Source: Rotaria socialis
Lineage: Eukaryota
Assembly (NCBI GenBank): GCA_905331295.1
Contig: CAJNYD010000407.1
Coordinates: forward strand, 248,001-312,000
DNA: 64,000 nt
Direction of reading: 5' to 3'
Of the stretch, positions 11,946 to 24,965 are shown one piece after another (within the stretch, counting starts at the first letter, position 1; each line of letters begins with the position of its first letter). The notes under the pieces are model-generated. The model did no database searches. It had not been told where the DNA came from and saw only the letters and a list, made by a program, of their open reading frames with translations. Both the position numbers and the translations under genes were made by a program.

Positions 11946-13688
11946 TTATGCTGTTGGCTCACTAGGTTTTGATCGATAAAGTTCCCAAAGAATTTTACCA
12001 ACTGGCACATCAGATGTTATACTTGGGAATAAAATACGTTGTACACTGCTTGCTGATATCTGATTCATCATTTGAATTATTCCAACAAGTTGGTTGAATT
12101 TCATGGAATATGTTACTGCCGAATGAGACATTAAGCTTGTACGCAATACGAAAAGAGCATGCTCTTGGCAAGCATCAATATGAGTTTGATTGATTAATGC
12201 TTTAGCTATGAAAATAAGAAGATTTTATTTATTCTCTCTTATTTTTATCACAAAATCTACCTGAACATTGATAAAGTGAAAGAGTTTTAACATAAGTATA
12301 TTCATAGGCATCTAATGCAAGTGATCGTAATTTATAAATGCAATCACATAGACGTTGTATTTCTATTTGATCTGTTTGTGTAAGTGTACTGTTTGTTAAT
12401 TGAATAGCCATTATGGGTATCATCCATTGACTTAAATTGACTATAAGCAGATTATGCCAATTAACTTCAAGAAGTGAACGCTAAAGAACATAAAAAAAAA
12501 CATAAGGACATGTTTGATTTTTATACTTGATACAATACTTGATCATCATTAGGAAGATTTTTAAATGAAGATACTGTTTCTAACCAATTGGTCATGGTAA
12601 ATAAAAGACGTGCTGCTGCTTCATATAATGTTATCTATGAAAAAAATAAAAATAAAAAAATAAAAAACATAAATAAAAATATATATTTTTTTCTTTAATT
12701 ACTTGACTCATGATAGTTGGAAATGAATTGTAATTGTCCATTGATGGTAAACAAGATAGTTGATGTTGTTGTGTAGAAACAAGTTTAGGTTTTCGATTAA
12801 AATGATTTTGTATTGATGTTGTTGACGCATTGACTATTGTTGGAGATGATGAACAAGCAATAGGTGGTCGGGTTTGTCCATTTGAATTCGGCAATATCAT
12901 ACTGGAAACACTGAGAATTTTCTGTTTTGATTTACGAGGTCCACGTTCATGTTGAACAGCTATTTAGAAATAAAAGCATTTATTGGGCGAAAAGTCAAGA
13001 ATGTGTAATTACCATCTTTATTCATATTGACCAAGAAACATCGAGCCAATCGACAAGATCGACATTGATTTCGATGAGTTTTGTCAACAGGACATTTATC
13101 TTTCAATTCACCTTGCGCTTTACATACATAATGACGATGTCGATGAATGCTCCGTTTAAAAAAACCCGAACAGCCTAGACGAATAAAACCGATAGAAATA
13201 TTCTTCACATGTAAATATACAAAATTTAGAAATGTGATATCAGATTTCAATGAAAAAAAATCTGATTGGTTATCTTTCTTTGTTGTTGGAGATGTGTTTT
13301 TCTTTTTAAAATTCGAACTAATAATTCATTTTTGCTAATAAAAAAGAGTTCTCGTTATGAAAATAAATATTTCCTAAAATTGTTTTACTTCAGTCATCTA
13401 CATTATCAATTTTCACTAATAATGAGATAATATTTCGATTGTTACACAAAAATCTGTTGAAAGTAAGTGTTTTAAAAAATTACCATCACAACTGTAAATA
13501 CCGTAATGTTTCCCAGATGATCGATCACCACATACAGCACACAAAACATTCAATAAACGTTCACCTATGAGAATAAAGAGTTAGTAATAGAATTATTTTC
13601 AATACAATCGATTACAATAGCAAAATCAAAATCAATCATTGACTTTTGTTAATTTTCAAAAGTCTCTATGTTAAATCTTACCTGGCAT
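11946..13688 (-). CDS. dsf: NR2E-family nuclear receptor, closest to dissatisfaction (NR2E4)/tailless group
   Basis: Spliced [99 protein letters not shown] exons include [35 protein letters not shown] and [23 protein letters not shown]. Confidence 0.85.
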
Positions 13689-15909
13689 AATCTGTTGAAA
13701 TATATATATGTATCTATATATTTTGTCTTTTGAAGTTACAAACAAAAAGAATATACGTCGATAGCCTCAAGCAAAAATTACTTTTAAACACTTGACTAGA
13801 GAGATTGAGACTCTATCGAATGGATGTGTGCGTGTCCCACTAGCTTTTCCGTTTCAAATGATCTTCTCCTTCTCCTTCTTCTTCTTATCACTACTTTCTT
13901 TTTCTTGTGTTTTTTATGCGTTTACTCTTTCCGCTTCTGTTTTTTTTACTCTTTTGTCTCCCCTCGTCTTTTCAGTAACACTTTAGTAAGCGTGAGAAAA
14001 AAAACTATCTCTCCTATTCGCATCTTTTGTTTTGCTTTTTTTCTTCTTTTTAGATTTCTAACTATCAAATGTGCTAGTTAGAGAAAATACATTTTCTTTT
14101 AATAGTTCTTTTTTTTTGTTATTGACCATTCACTAACATGTTTTCTTTTGTACTCATAGAACATTATCAAAGAGATTAGACACTTTACGACGATTTGTTA
14201 TCTTTTTGATAGATGTAGCCGTGCCCGGCATATTAGTAAAATAACAGATCTAGAATTTTTTTCATTCTAAAAAAGCATCACGGCAATGTTATTTCACGTA
14301 AATTATTTATTATTCATCTAGCTCGAAAGAAAAATGTGAACAGCCCGAGACAAGATCGATAATTGAAGATTCATTTGCTGCAATGAGTTGTTTCTCTCAT
14401 GAACATACATTTAACTACTTAGTCATTCGAGCAAATCTATTGAAACAATGCTCAACTTGTGACATATATTTGGTTTTTCTTTTTGAAGTCGTCTCTTATT
14501 ACATGGTGAACACGCATTGACGTTAATAAATAAATTATGAGAAAAATGTTCAGTTGGTTACTTTTTTCTTCTCTATCGCGTTTTTTCACTTGTCATCTTT
14601 AACATAATGCGCACATATTGCCATTCCTCGTTCCATGATTTGTTAGAAAGGCAAGACACTTTTTGACTCAAGCCAATGAGGAATGAGAAAAAAAGAAAAA
14701 AGGATAAAATAGAAGAAGAAAATTGGGCAGTCTAGTTACTCAACCAGAAGCAAAGCCGGAAGGCAATACTAAGTGAAAAACATTGTTTCTATATTTCCAC
14801 ACGGATGGTCATTGACAATGACTTGAAGAGTAAAAAAAGGAGTGTGTGTGTGTCTTTTTGACATGATCTATACGCGACAGCCATTACTTATTCTCGGATT
14901 CAAATATAAGCGAGAAAAAAATACTCAAATAACTTCAGGCAATACAAGTGAATTTTTTCTCATCAAACTTGAAATGGCAATGGTCAGTGACTGAAATCTT
15001 ACTTTTTTAATCAAAGAATAAAAGCTAGTGCTCATAACTAATTACCTTTGTTAACGCCATTGATAAAAAAGCTTTTTTTTTTATGAACAATAAAAGAAAA
15101 GAAACACACTTATCAAAATCGACAAATGTTGGTATAAATTAAATAATCAAAAACAAGACAAGCACGAATTAATAAATCACGGTTGAACAGATTTAAATCT
15201 TTTTTTGAGAGTTCTTAAGTTTCTAGACGAAGGATTTATTTATGAATTATTATCCATGTTAAAAGGCCAACTTGTTTTTCAAACAATCGATAGATTTAGG
15301 AGATTTTATTTTGTCTATATGAATTTCTATGATGATTTCAACTTATTTATGATCTCTCTCAATCATACTAAACAAGCTTTTAGAAAATATATCTATTTCA
15401 AAATTGAAAAATTCAGCAGAGAAACTTCAACTTCTAGAATTTATCATTTTTCTTGGCCATTTGTTTAAAATATGTCACCGATACTACTTGATACGTCACT
15501 TAAAAAAACGTGTCTCGAACAATATTCTTTCAGCAGTAAAAAGGCAATTAGTGAAAGATCATGCAGTTATATTTATATGTTAAAAACAAATTTCTACTGG
15601 AGTATTGTAACAGAAAAAAAAACACTTGACCCATTGTCGAAAAAAGTCGATTTTATGTAATCATGCTCAGACGATGTATGATCAAATGATGTATAAAATA
15701 CTATTTATTGACTCGAAGAAACAAAAAGCAAATTCTTTAGAATAATGATACATTTTTAATTTGTGAAATGATTTTTATTCGATTTTTAAAATTTATTTCA
15801 AATGAATACAAGTAACTGGCGATCATAAAAAAAAGGAAACAAGAAAACATAAAACTTAACATCGGCCTCGACAAAAATCGATTTGTAGATCGCGATAGAT
15901 TTTATTGAT

Positions 15910-16642
15910 TTATTCATTGGTTCCAAAATTTGATTCTCGATGAAAATCATCATCAGGTCGAATCATACTCGATGGTGTTACTGCTATTAAAGATGAAGTC
16001 GTCGTTGCATTTTTCTTTTTTTCTAAAAAGAAATTAACTAATTTATTAATTAATTAATTCAACGATGTTTTTATGCTTTTCCAAACAAAAAACAACACTT
16101 GTTTTTGTTACTTTGTTGATCACGCCCTAATGGTCGTCGCTGTTGATTATTATTATTATTATTATTGCCACGTGCTGTATTTTTTTTCTTGTTATTTAAA
16201 CGGCCTGTAATGCAGTTCTTTTTTTTCTTTCGTCCATCGGTGGTCTTCTTTGCTCTAGTTGTTCCTCGGGATGCATTTGTTGAACGTCCATGTCGAACGG
16301 CACTGTTATTGAGCGCATGAACAGTTCGAATTGCCGATCGACTTTTGGTATTACTACCTAGTGTACTTCGTTTCTGAGTATTAGTACTCGAACGACCACG
16401 TGTTTTTGAAATAACATGTACAGAAGAACGAGTTTGTCTACGTGCACCTTTTTGTTTGTTGTTCGTGATATTATTTCGAGTTGTTGATGAAAGTTTTTGA
16501 GTTCTACAAGTTATTCATAGTAAAAATAGGATTATAAAAAAAACAGATATATTTACGTTGCACGAACAACATTCTTTGCTTTGGTTATTCCACCACGAAC
16601 ATGTTGTGCACTGGTTTGATTACTACTGGTTGATCGAGCCAT
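15910..16642 (-). CDS. Highly basic, low-complexity (R/K/S/T/N/G-rich) disordered protein of about 200 aa, 3 exons; not in the ORF track
   Basis: ATG at 16642 in AAAATG context: MARSTSSNQTSAQHVRGGITKAKNVVRAT. A GT-AG intron leads to an open exon of about 390 nt (TQKLSSTTRNNITNNKQKGARRQTRSS...KKTTDGRKKKKNCITGRLNNKKKNTARG...). The last exon reads KENATTTSSLIAVTPSSMIRPDDDFHRESNFGTNE*, with AATAAA overlapping the stop. The second intron donor is uncertain. Confidence 0.7.
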
Positions 16643-17876
16643 TTTGTCGGATACAACAATGAAAGACAATGACTTTTGTTTCTGATAGATTAGAAGAAAA
16701 ACGGAAGATCTTTGATGATGGATTTGTGATGAAACTGAGAATGAATGTTTAGTGTATATATAGAGAGAGACAGAGAGATATAGAGTGACTGAATAAGTAG
16801 CGATGTAACTGTGGCGAATTAGTAAATAGAGCGCCTAAATTAACTTTCAATACAAAAAATAAATAATTGAAAACGCGCTCGGTATTATTAGCATCCAAAA
16901 CACAATCCATGTTTCTGTTTTCATGCTGTTTTATTTTTATGAGATGCTGTTCTAATAAAGTAAATGTATGAGCAATACATTTATCTGTAGAATAGAAATC
17001 TCAATATCCAATGAAATTTTACACAAGAGTGCTTATGAAAAATAAAATAATCAAAATTTGTAAGATCCAAGAAGATTAAATGAAACATTAGATTTTCATT
17101 GTCTAAAAGTTGGACACGGTAATCAAGACGTTCTTATATTAAAGAGTCATAACTATCATAGAGAAAAATTTATTAAAGAATTGTTAAAAATATTGTTTTA
17201 CTCTTTGTAATATCTACAAATTTTGTGTACCAATACACACTGAACAAGGCAACTAATCATGCTGTTCAATATTTCGTTCTTTTTGTGAGATCACAACTTT
17301 TTGAAACTTAAAAAAGAACTGAATTTGATATTTGAAAAGATCGCTCTATCAGAGTCTATCTATTGAATAATATGTTGGCACGAAATATATGTGATAGGCA
17401 GTGTAATTATCCAATTAAATCATCCTTCAAATTTCTGTTAAATGCTTGTTATTGTGAAATAGAAAAATTCAAAACTAAGCTGATTTTCTATGAATGATCG
17501 ATACTCTCTGTTTAATATAATTTTGATTTCCATGTATCGAAGAATACTAGTAGATAGCCAATCAACATCCTAATATCTATATCATAATACTTTTAGAAAG
17601 AAAGTTTATGACTCATCATATTTTCAACAGACAAGTACAAAGAACTTAGTGAACTGACAAAAATACAAGCAAAAAGAATACATATAATAATCTTTCCTTT
17701 TTTTGACGTACAGAAAAATTGCCTATCAACAATCTTCATTTTTTTTCATTCACTATGCTTTACAGTGAAACAAATACAGAAAAAAAAAGAGATAGCAATG
17801 GAAAACATGTATAATACAGAAAATAGATCTACATGCAAAGTTTTTGTTTTCTTTTTTTTGTTGATTTAGAAGATGA

Positions 17877-20800
17877 TCAGTGTTGTTGATCATCATTTGA
17901 ATTATTGTTATTCGTTGTACTAGCCGAATTAAAAGAGAAACCACCTGTTGTTTTCGATGGCGATGTTATTTCATCTGTACCATTCTCAGGAATAGTTTTA
18001 AATTTTTTGCTAGTATTATCATCATCAGCTATTTCTTCTGTTGCTACATGTTCAGGTGATAATGATCGTTTATTATTAACTGGTGTAAACATTGTTGGCC
18101 ATGGACTATGCTCCATTGATTTCGATACATTTAATTCTTGAGATGTCTCTGTGGTTGATTGTTTGTTAAAGTTAAATTTAACAATAATTGCTGTCATATT
18201 ATCACAGCCAGTACCATCACCACTTGTATTTGGTGCAAGACAATGCATAAATAATTCTTCACATATTTCAGATATTTGTTTCTTCTTAAGACGTGGACGC
18301 ACGAAATCAACAACATCTTGACTTGACATAAAATTCCAAATGCCATCACATGCAATAACCATAAATTCATCTTGATCTTCAAGTGTTAACATACGAATAT
18401 CGGGTAAAGCAGTTATAGCTTGTTCCTCGGGTGGTAATTTAGCAGTTTTCTTATATGCATGATCACCAATAGCTCGAGATAAATTAAGACCACCTAGAAA
18501 CATTTTCTTTTATTATCAATAGAATAGACTAAAATTAGAGACAAACCTGAAACACGTCCATCTAATGTTACTTTGTAACCAGCTTTTTCTATTCGCGTAC
18601 GCTCTTCAGTATCTTCTGGTTTATGATCTAAATAAACATTTATACTAATTGAGATTGAAAAAAAAGTAATCATCATACTAACCAACACTCATTTCAATCG
18701 CTCGACCATTGCGACATACGACACATCGAGAATCACCGGCATTAGCAACAAATAATTGTTTATCACGCAAAAGTGTAACAACAGCAGTACATCCACTTGA
18801 TGAACCTGGATCACTACTCATATCAAGCATTTTACCTAATTCTGTATCGTTATCGTCGTCTAGAAAATACAAAAATAAAATATTATTATTTTAAAGAATT
18901 CAATGATTTTCCATCACCTTCATCGTCTTCTTCTTCTTCATTGTCATCACCATCTTCTTCTTCGTCATCGTCATTCTATTGATGATGAATTAAAATAGTA
19001 GGCGTGAAAAATGATTTTAATTCAAAGACTTACTTGGTTTTCTTTAGCATCATCGTCACTATCATCATTATGTTTTTTCTTTTTGGAATGCCGATTTAAA
19101 ATAGCCATTATGGACTTTTTCATACTATACAGAAGTGTGCGGCAATAACACAAAAATAGTTTTCGTACACATTTTGAGACTCAAATTGCTTACAGTTTTT
19201 TTATTTCTGCTGCTTTACTTGATGCCAATTTTTTATTTTCATTTTCATCGTCTTCCTCCTCCTCTTCTTCTTCTGTTCCTTCTTCTTCTTCATCGTCGTC
19301 TTCTTCTTCTTCTTCTTTTTGATCTTCATCGCCAGCGACATTTTCGTCATCTTCTTGATTAAGTGCAACTTCATCATCACTTGTCTCATCGTCCGATCTA
19401 TGATAAATAAAATTATGTCAAAAACATAAGTATTGACGAAATCAACAAAAAAAAATGTAGTGTTTTCTTTTTGAAAAAGAAAACTTTATGTAGAGAGTTT
19501 GCAATTTGAAGAATCCTGTACAAAGTAATACTGTCTTTTTTTTTGAAATACTTAAACCTTGAAGAATTAAAAAAAGAAAATTTTGAAAGAATAGATAACT
19601 AAACAAGTTGTAGTAAATCATGAACCGATGAAAAAACAGTCCGAAAAGATTTGCCTTTGATCAATTATTTTCTATACTAATTCTAACTTTCGATATTATA
19701 TTCACAACAAAGCTCGGTCTTGCTTATACTGCATATTTCCATGAATTTTTCGTATATGCTATGATCCATCAGAAAAACTGATTTTCAAATTTTTACTTGA
19801 AATTCTATCCTGATTGATCGCTCAACTATAATAATATTTTCATGAATGTTTCAATCCTTATCAATTAATCTATTTTAGGACCGACTTACAATGATAGTAT
19901 GTTTTTTTTCTCTACATCACTTATATAAGCTGATCACTTATGTGCCTTTATGTCAGGATAGGATCAAAGCATTAGGTATGAAACATTGAAAAAGAAATTC
20001 GAAAATGAAGCTTTTTTTTTTTATAAAAATCCATATCATTCCTTGTATAGGTGGACTAAGAGGACAATATCTCTGAGGAAATTATCTGCTAGTGGGTATT
20101 TTTGTCAGAATATTTGAAGTTTATTTGAATGTACACAATTCTGAATCACTAATCAACAATCAATTGAAGGATTAACCAAACTAGAAAAAGATTAATACGT
20201 CTAAATTTTAAAATATATCATACTTACTCTTCATATTCAGAATCGTCTTCATCTTCTTCGTCGTCGTTATCTTCCAAATCATCAGTATTTTCACTAAGTA
20301 AATGATGTGTTAATGATTTAGATTTGACTGTTGTTGATGAAGGAATTGTTGTTTCATTTGAAACTGGTTTTCGAGGACGTTTAGTTGCTGTTTTAGGTTC
20401 AGAAGATGAAGGTTTGACTTCCTAATAAACAAAAAATCATTCATTAAAATTTATATTTGCAAAAAGAATTCCATACAGTTGAATCTGAAATTTCACAATT
20501 CGATGCAGTTTCAGTCGTTTTATGATCCGAAACATCATCTACTGGAATATTTTCTTCATCAGAATGTGTAATTACATCAGATTTATTTTGATCTGAAGTA
20601 ACCGATGAAGTCAAAGTATTATCATCTGTTGTTTCTGAATTTTGACTAAAAATGATTTAAAAGCATATTTTATTTTAATCAAAACAGTAGAAATCTTACA
20701 GTTCTTTCTGATTTTCTACATTTTTTGTAGTTTTATCGTCCACTTTCAATAGATTGTGTGCTTTATTCTTAGAAATCATCGGTGATTGAAAAGTTTTTCC

Positions 20801-21375
20801 GTCATCACCATAACGTTTAAGAAGTTCTTCAATAGGCAATTCGGCTTCTTTTTTCAATAATTGTGCTTCTTCAACATTTAATTCTTCACTTACATTTGTT
20901 GATACAATAACACCGTCGGATGCATCATCTATTTGCTCATCATTATCATTCTTATCCTTTAAATCGGCCAAAGTTTGTAAAATTTCTTTTACGTTTGGAT
21001 CAAGTAATAAAGAATCAAATTTAAGAAAGCCTTCAATTAATGCATCTTTCAATCGGCCTTCTTGGTACGAGTCAAGTTGTTTTAGAAAATCAGGCAAATG
21101 CCGAGCACAATATAGAGCTATTTCAGCTCCCCCATGACCATCGTAAACAGCAAAGAATGATGTTTTATCATCGAAATCAAGTATGGCATTATGTGCATCC
21201 TAAATAATAAAATAGTCAAAAAATATAATATAAAATTATTTTGCTAAGTAAATTCAAACTATACTTCTTGCGACATTCGCCATCCTTGCATGGAACTTGC
21301 AGCATAAGCTAAACGATCATTTGAACTTGTAATTGTATCTTTGTCACAAATAGGCGATGATAAATAGGCACCCAT
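17877..21375 (-). CDS. PPM1G: Protein phosphatase 2C gamma (PPM1G) with a large acidic insert
   Basis: MGAYLSSP N-terminus (myristoylation type); motifs [68 protein letters not shown] and GCDNMT. D/E-rich exons at ~18900-20650 interrupt the catalytic domain. Confidence 0.95.
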
Positions 21376-23637
21376 CTGGAAAATATTATTTTTAAGTTAA
21401 AATTACGATGATATAATTCAATACAATGAATGTGATAGTTAGTAACAAAACAACATAAAGAAATCACACTGAATACTGTGAAAAGCGAAGACAAGTAATA
21501 ATTTTATGTTTGCCAAATTTTCTACCAATTATTTTATTTTTTTTGAAACCTTTACTTTGCATTGTGAGATTTTTCTGTGGACTATACATGACGATAGAGG
21601 GCACCGTGATACGTAATGAACTTATTTATAAAATATCGTCGTGTACATAAACTTTAGACGGCAATGATGACGCTTTATAGGCAAAATATCAGAAGTATAT
21701 GTTTTAGTTTGACAATAATCTTATGCACCAAAAAATGTATATTCTTGTTATTTTTTTAAAATTTAATACATTCTATGAATTAGTACTGATTATACTATGG
21801 ATAGTGAAGGTTATAAAACTTTCGAAGAGGATATGATTATTATTTATTTCATGAACTATGAATTCCATAGAACAGTGTTTAGAACCTTCATTAACAATTT
21901 CAAATGTAACAAATAAAAAAAGAATCATATTTTTCCAAACTATCAAGTTATACGTAATAGTTTGATACTGAAATTAACACTAAGCTTAAATCGAGAAAAT
22001 TCAATATCACCGGTCTTTTGTTCGAAGAAAAATATATTTCAATGCAAGCTAAAATAATTATCAATTCTGACCATTGAAGATGCTTGCAATAGCGGCTATT
22101 ATTCGAATTTAGAGTCGTTGTAAAAATTTTAAAAGAATTAGAATTTCCTCAAAATTAAAGTTTGAATCTCTAATAGCTATTCAAATTTGTACTATTGACA
22201 AGATGTTTGATAGTATAATTCTGTGAACTGATCAAGATTTCAGTTCAGTTGGTTATATAATCTCATCTTCGAAAACTGGACACCCAATAAATATCAGTTA
22301 AGAAACTTCTAAAAAATGGTTACTGTCGAAAACGGGCACGCTTGCAATTATTGTCTCAGAAACAAAGAGTTTCAATCGTAGATACTACATTCTACATGAC
22401 CTAAAATAAAGTTCAGCTATCTTGAAATGCCCATGATTATATTTTCATTCTCATTATTTTACTAGAATTTCGGCCTCTAGCACGGTGTATACCAAAGAAA
22501 TTGAATGATATTACTTCGGCCTCAGATTTCGCCTATAGACACGTCTATTTATGAGTAGGATGTCCGAAAAATTTTCAGTTCAAAACAATGTTTCCTTCCT
22601 GAAGTATTAAGCATTCAAAAATTACTAATATCTCATGAAGGATTTTAAAAGTTTCTTTGTTTTTGGGGAGTTTAATATCCCGGAAAGGATACATTTTTTT
22701 GAGCTGAAATTTTCAGGAGATCCTACTCATAAGTACACCTGTCTATGGACATTTGGCTTTTTTGGAATTTTTCATAATTCACTAAGTTCTACCCTATGCA
22801 TGGGGACTAATCCCAAAAGCGATTTATCAGTTGGATATGCTCCCTCGTAAGATCTGCTAGACCTCCTAGACCCCTGTATCGACAAAAACACATACCCATA
22901 GCGGGGCACACATAAGTATGATTTCAGAGTTGAATCGATTTGTTGTTTTATTTGAGGGTACATTGTGCTCATGAAGGTTGAGGATAGTTTTGCTTGCTTC
23001 TTTCTGTTTTGAATGCAGTTTGAAATAGAATACTCCATAGACTGGAAAATAAACGATCTGGCTGCTTGGAAACTATTTTATTTCGTGAAATTCAAGTCTT
23101 TTCTAACAGAAATAAAACGAATTATGCTGATGAAAGATTGATAAAATACATGTACTGTAAAGCTTCTCAATAGTTCATCCGACATTTCTTTGTCATGCTA
23201 CTTTTCATTTAAGAAAAAGTGTAAAATTGACAAAACATTCTATGAGTCACGAATGATTAAATTCTAAAAAAAGGATTTTTCTGTTGGCTGTTAAATTCGT
23301 CAAAAATAATTTTTCAAACGAGCAATATTCGAACAGCTATTTAACGATTGAGGAAAATAACTTTGAAGTTATAGTGGATTTAATTTAGTACTATGTCATA
23401 AATTGTTACAAGCAACAATGGTAGTGAGAAAAATTCACCGCAAGAATGAACACTGCCTACGAAGAGAAAGATGTGTTATTTAAGGAAAAACTTCTCTAGT
23501 CAACTGCAACTAAGTTGACATAAGGAAAATGTTTTCTTTCAGGTAAAAATGAAAAATATGTTGTAAAACTGGCCAGCTACTACATGCATGTCAAACTAGT
23601 AAATATATACATTTTGTACACAACTCAACTCGAGGTA

Positions 23638-23885
23638 TGTTCAGATTTCCGAAAAAGGAAATTACAGAAATTTCCGAAGCTTCCATCAACTCGATTACTA
23701 CATAGCAAAGCAAATGAAAATTTTTTGAAAATATTTGAAAGTTTAGAAATTTCGCTTTGTACAGAATTTTGGAAATTTCAGAAATTTCGGAAATTGTATA
23801 ATTTTGGGAAGTACCAAACAATTTAGAACACAAGTACTTGAAATTTCCAAAACTTCCAAAATTTCCTTTTTTGGAAGTCTGAACA
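23638..23885. mobile_element. MITE with ~25-bp TIRs and internal GAAATTTC(C) subrepeats
   Basis: TGTTCAGATTTCCGAAAAAGGAAATT ... AATTTCCTTTTTTGGAAGTCTGAACA form an inverted pair, with repeated GAAATTTC units inside. Confidence 0.7.
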
Positions 23886-24965
23886 CTGCTGCTCAACTCA
23901 TACCATAAGCTGTGCAGTAAAAACAAAAAATGTTGACTTATAAAATAATTTATTTCAACTAGAAGCTCTTTGCAACGAAAACATGGATTTTCTTAGTAAC
24001 ATGATCCTGGTAGGGATAATCATACGCTAAAACGATGAATATCAAATTTCAGTAGAAGCTGTCGACATATTACTGTGCTTTTGAAAAACAAGAGAGATTA
24101 ACATGTATTACTCTTGAAGATAAAGTTTAGTTTCGGAAACGTATAGTGTAAAATTGTTGAAATTAGAAAAAAACACTAGTTACAAAGCTAAGAAACATTT
24201 GCAGTATGTTATCCTGAGTTGCTTAAAATCAAATCAAATTCATCAGGAACTTTTTCAATAGCGGGGAAAATCTTATGATGAACGTTTCTCCAAGGTAGAC
24301 AATGAGAAACTGTCAAAACCTTTTCAATCATGAGTTCACTCTTTCCCTTTTGGTCCCGTTGAACCTGATTCGAAATTAATTTCAAGTTCCGTTTAGTTCA
24401 TAACAATTTTGATTTGTCATATTTTGTATTGTATGATTGAATAAAAATTGCTTTGAAGATGACCAGAAGTTATAAATATATATGAAATCAATGAAGAGTT
24501 AAAATATTTGATTCTGACAGCATGAGGAATTGTTTTTAAAATTTTTAAGACACTTCTTTTAATATTCATTCGATGTAAAGTTTCATGAAAATATTTTTCA
24601 TATAGCAGTGTTAGTAGAATCCTTATCCCTGTTAATAAAGTTCTTTTGGTATCCGAACCATGAAAAGGTCATTCGTATAATGCCTTTGTTTAATAAAGAA
24701 AATGGTGTTTTAGATTTGCATCTGATTTCTTTTTCTTGTTTAAATATAATATTATACACATAAGAAGAAAAAATTATTTTCTTTGTCTTTTGATATTTTT
24801 GAAGTAATAGCGACAAGATAGAAATATATAGATATGAGACAAGATCAAGAAAAGAATATTAAAATTATGATCAGTCATCATTCATGCTAATAACTATAAA
24901 CGATGATACCATTAAATAAACACCAGTTAATTAGAAATCAAAAATGTACATCAAAACGATTTATA

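Noticed and set aside
13792..14081. Hydrophobic Phe/Leu-rich ORFs that look like membrane peptides
   Set aside because: They arise from CT-rich promoter/5' UTR sequence of the nuclear receptor gene on the opposite strand.
17905..19389. Several plus-strand and alternative-frame ORFs
   Set aside because: They are antisense or off-frame shadows of PPM1G exons and GAA/GAT-rich acidic tracts.
22635..23038. ORFs of 71 and 88 aa in the intergenic gap
   Set aside because: No recognisable motif and no supporting splice structure.
23584..23926. Overlapping 80- and 111-aa ORFs
   Set aside because: They are explained by the subrepeats of the MITE.
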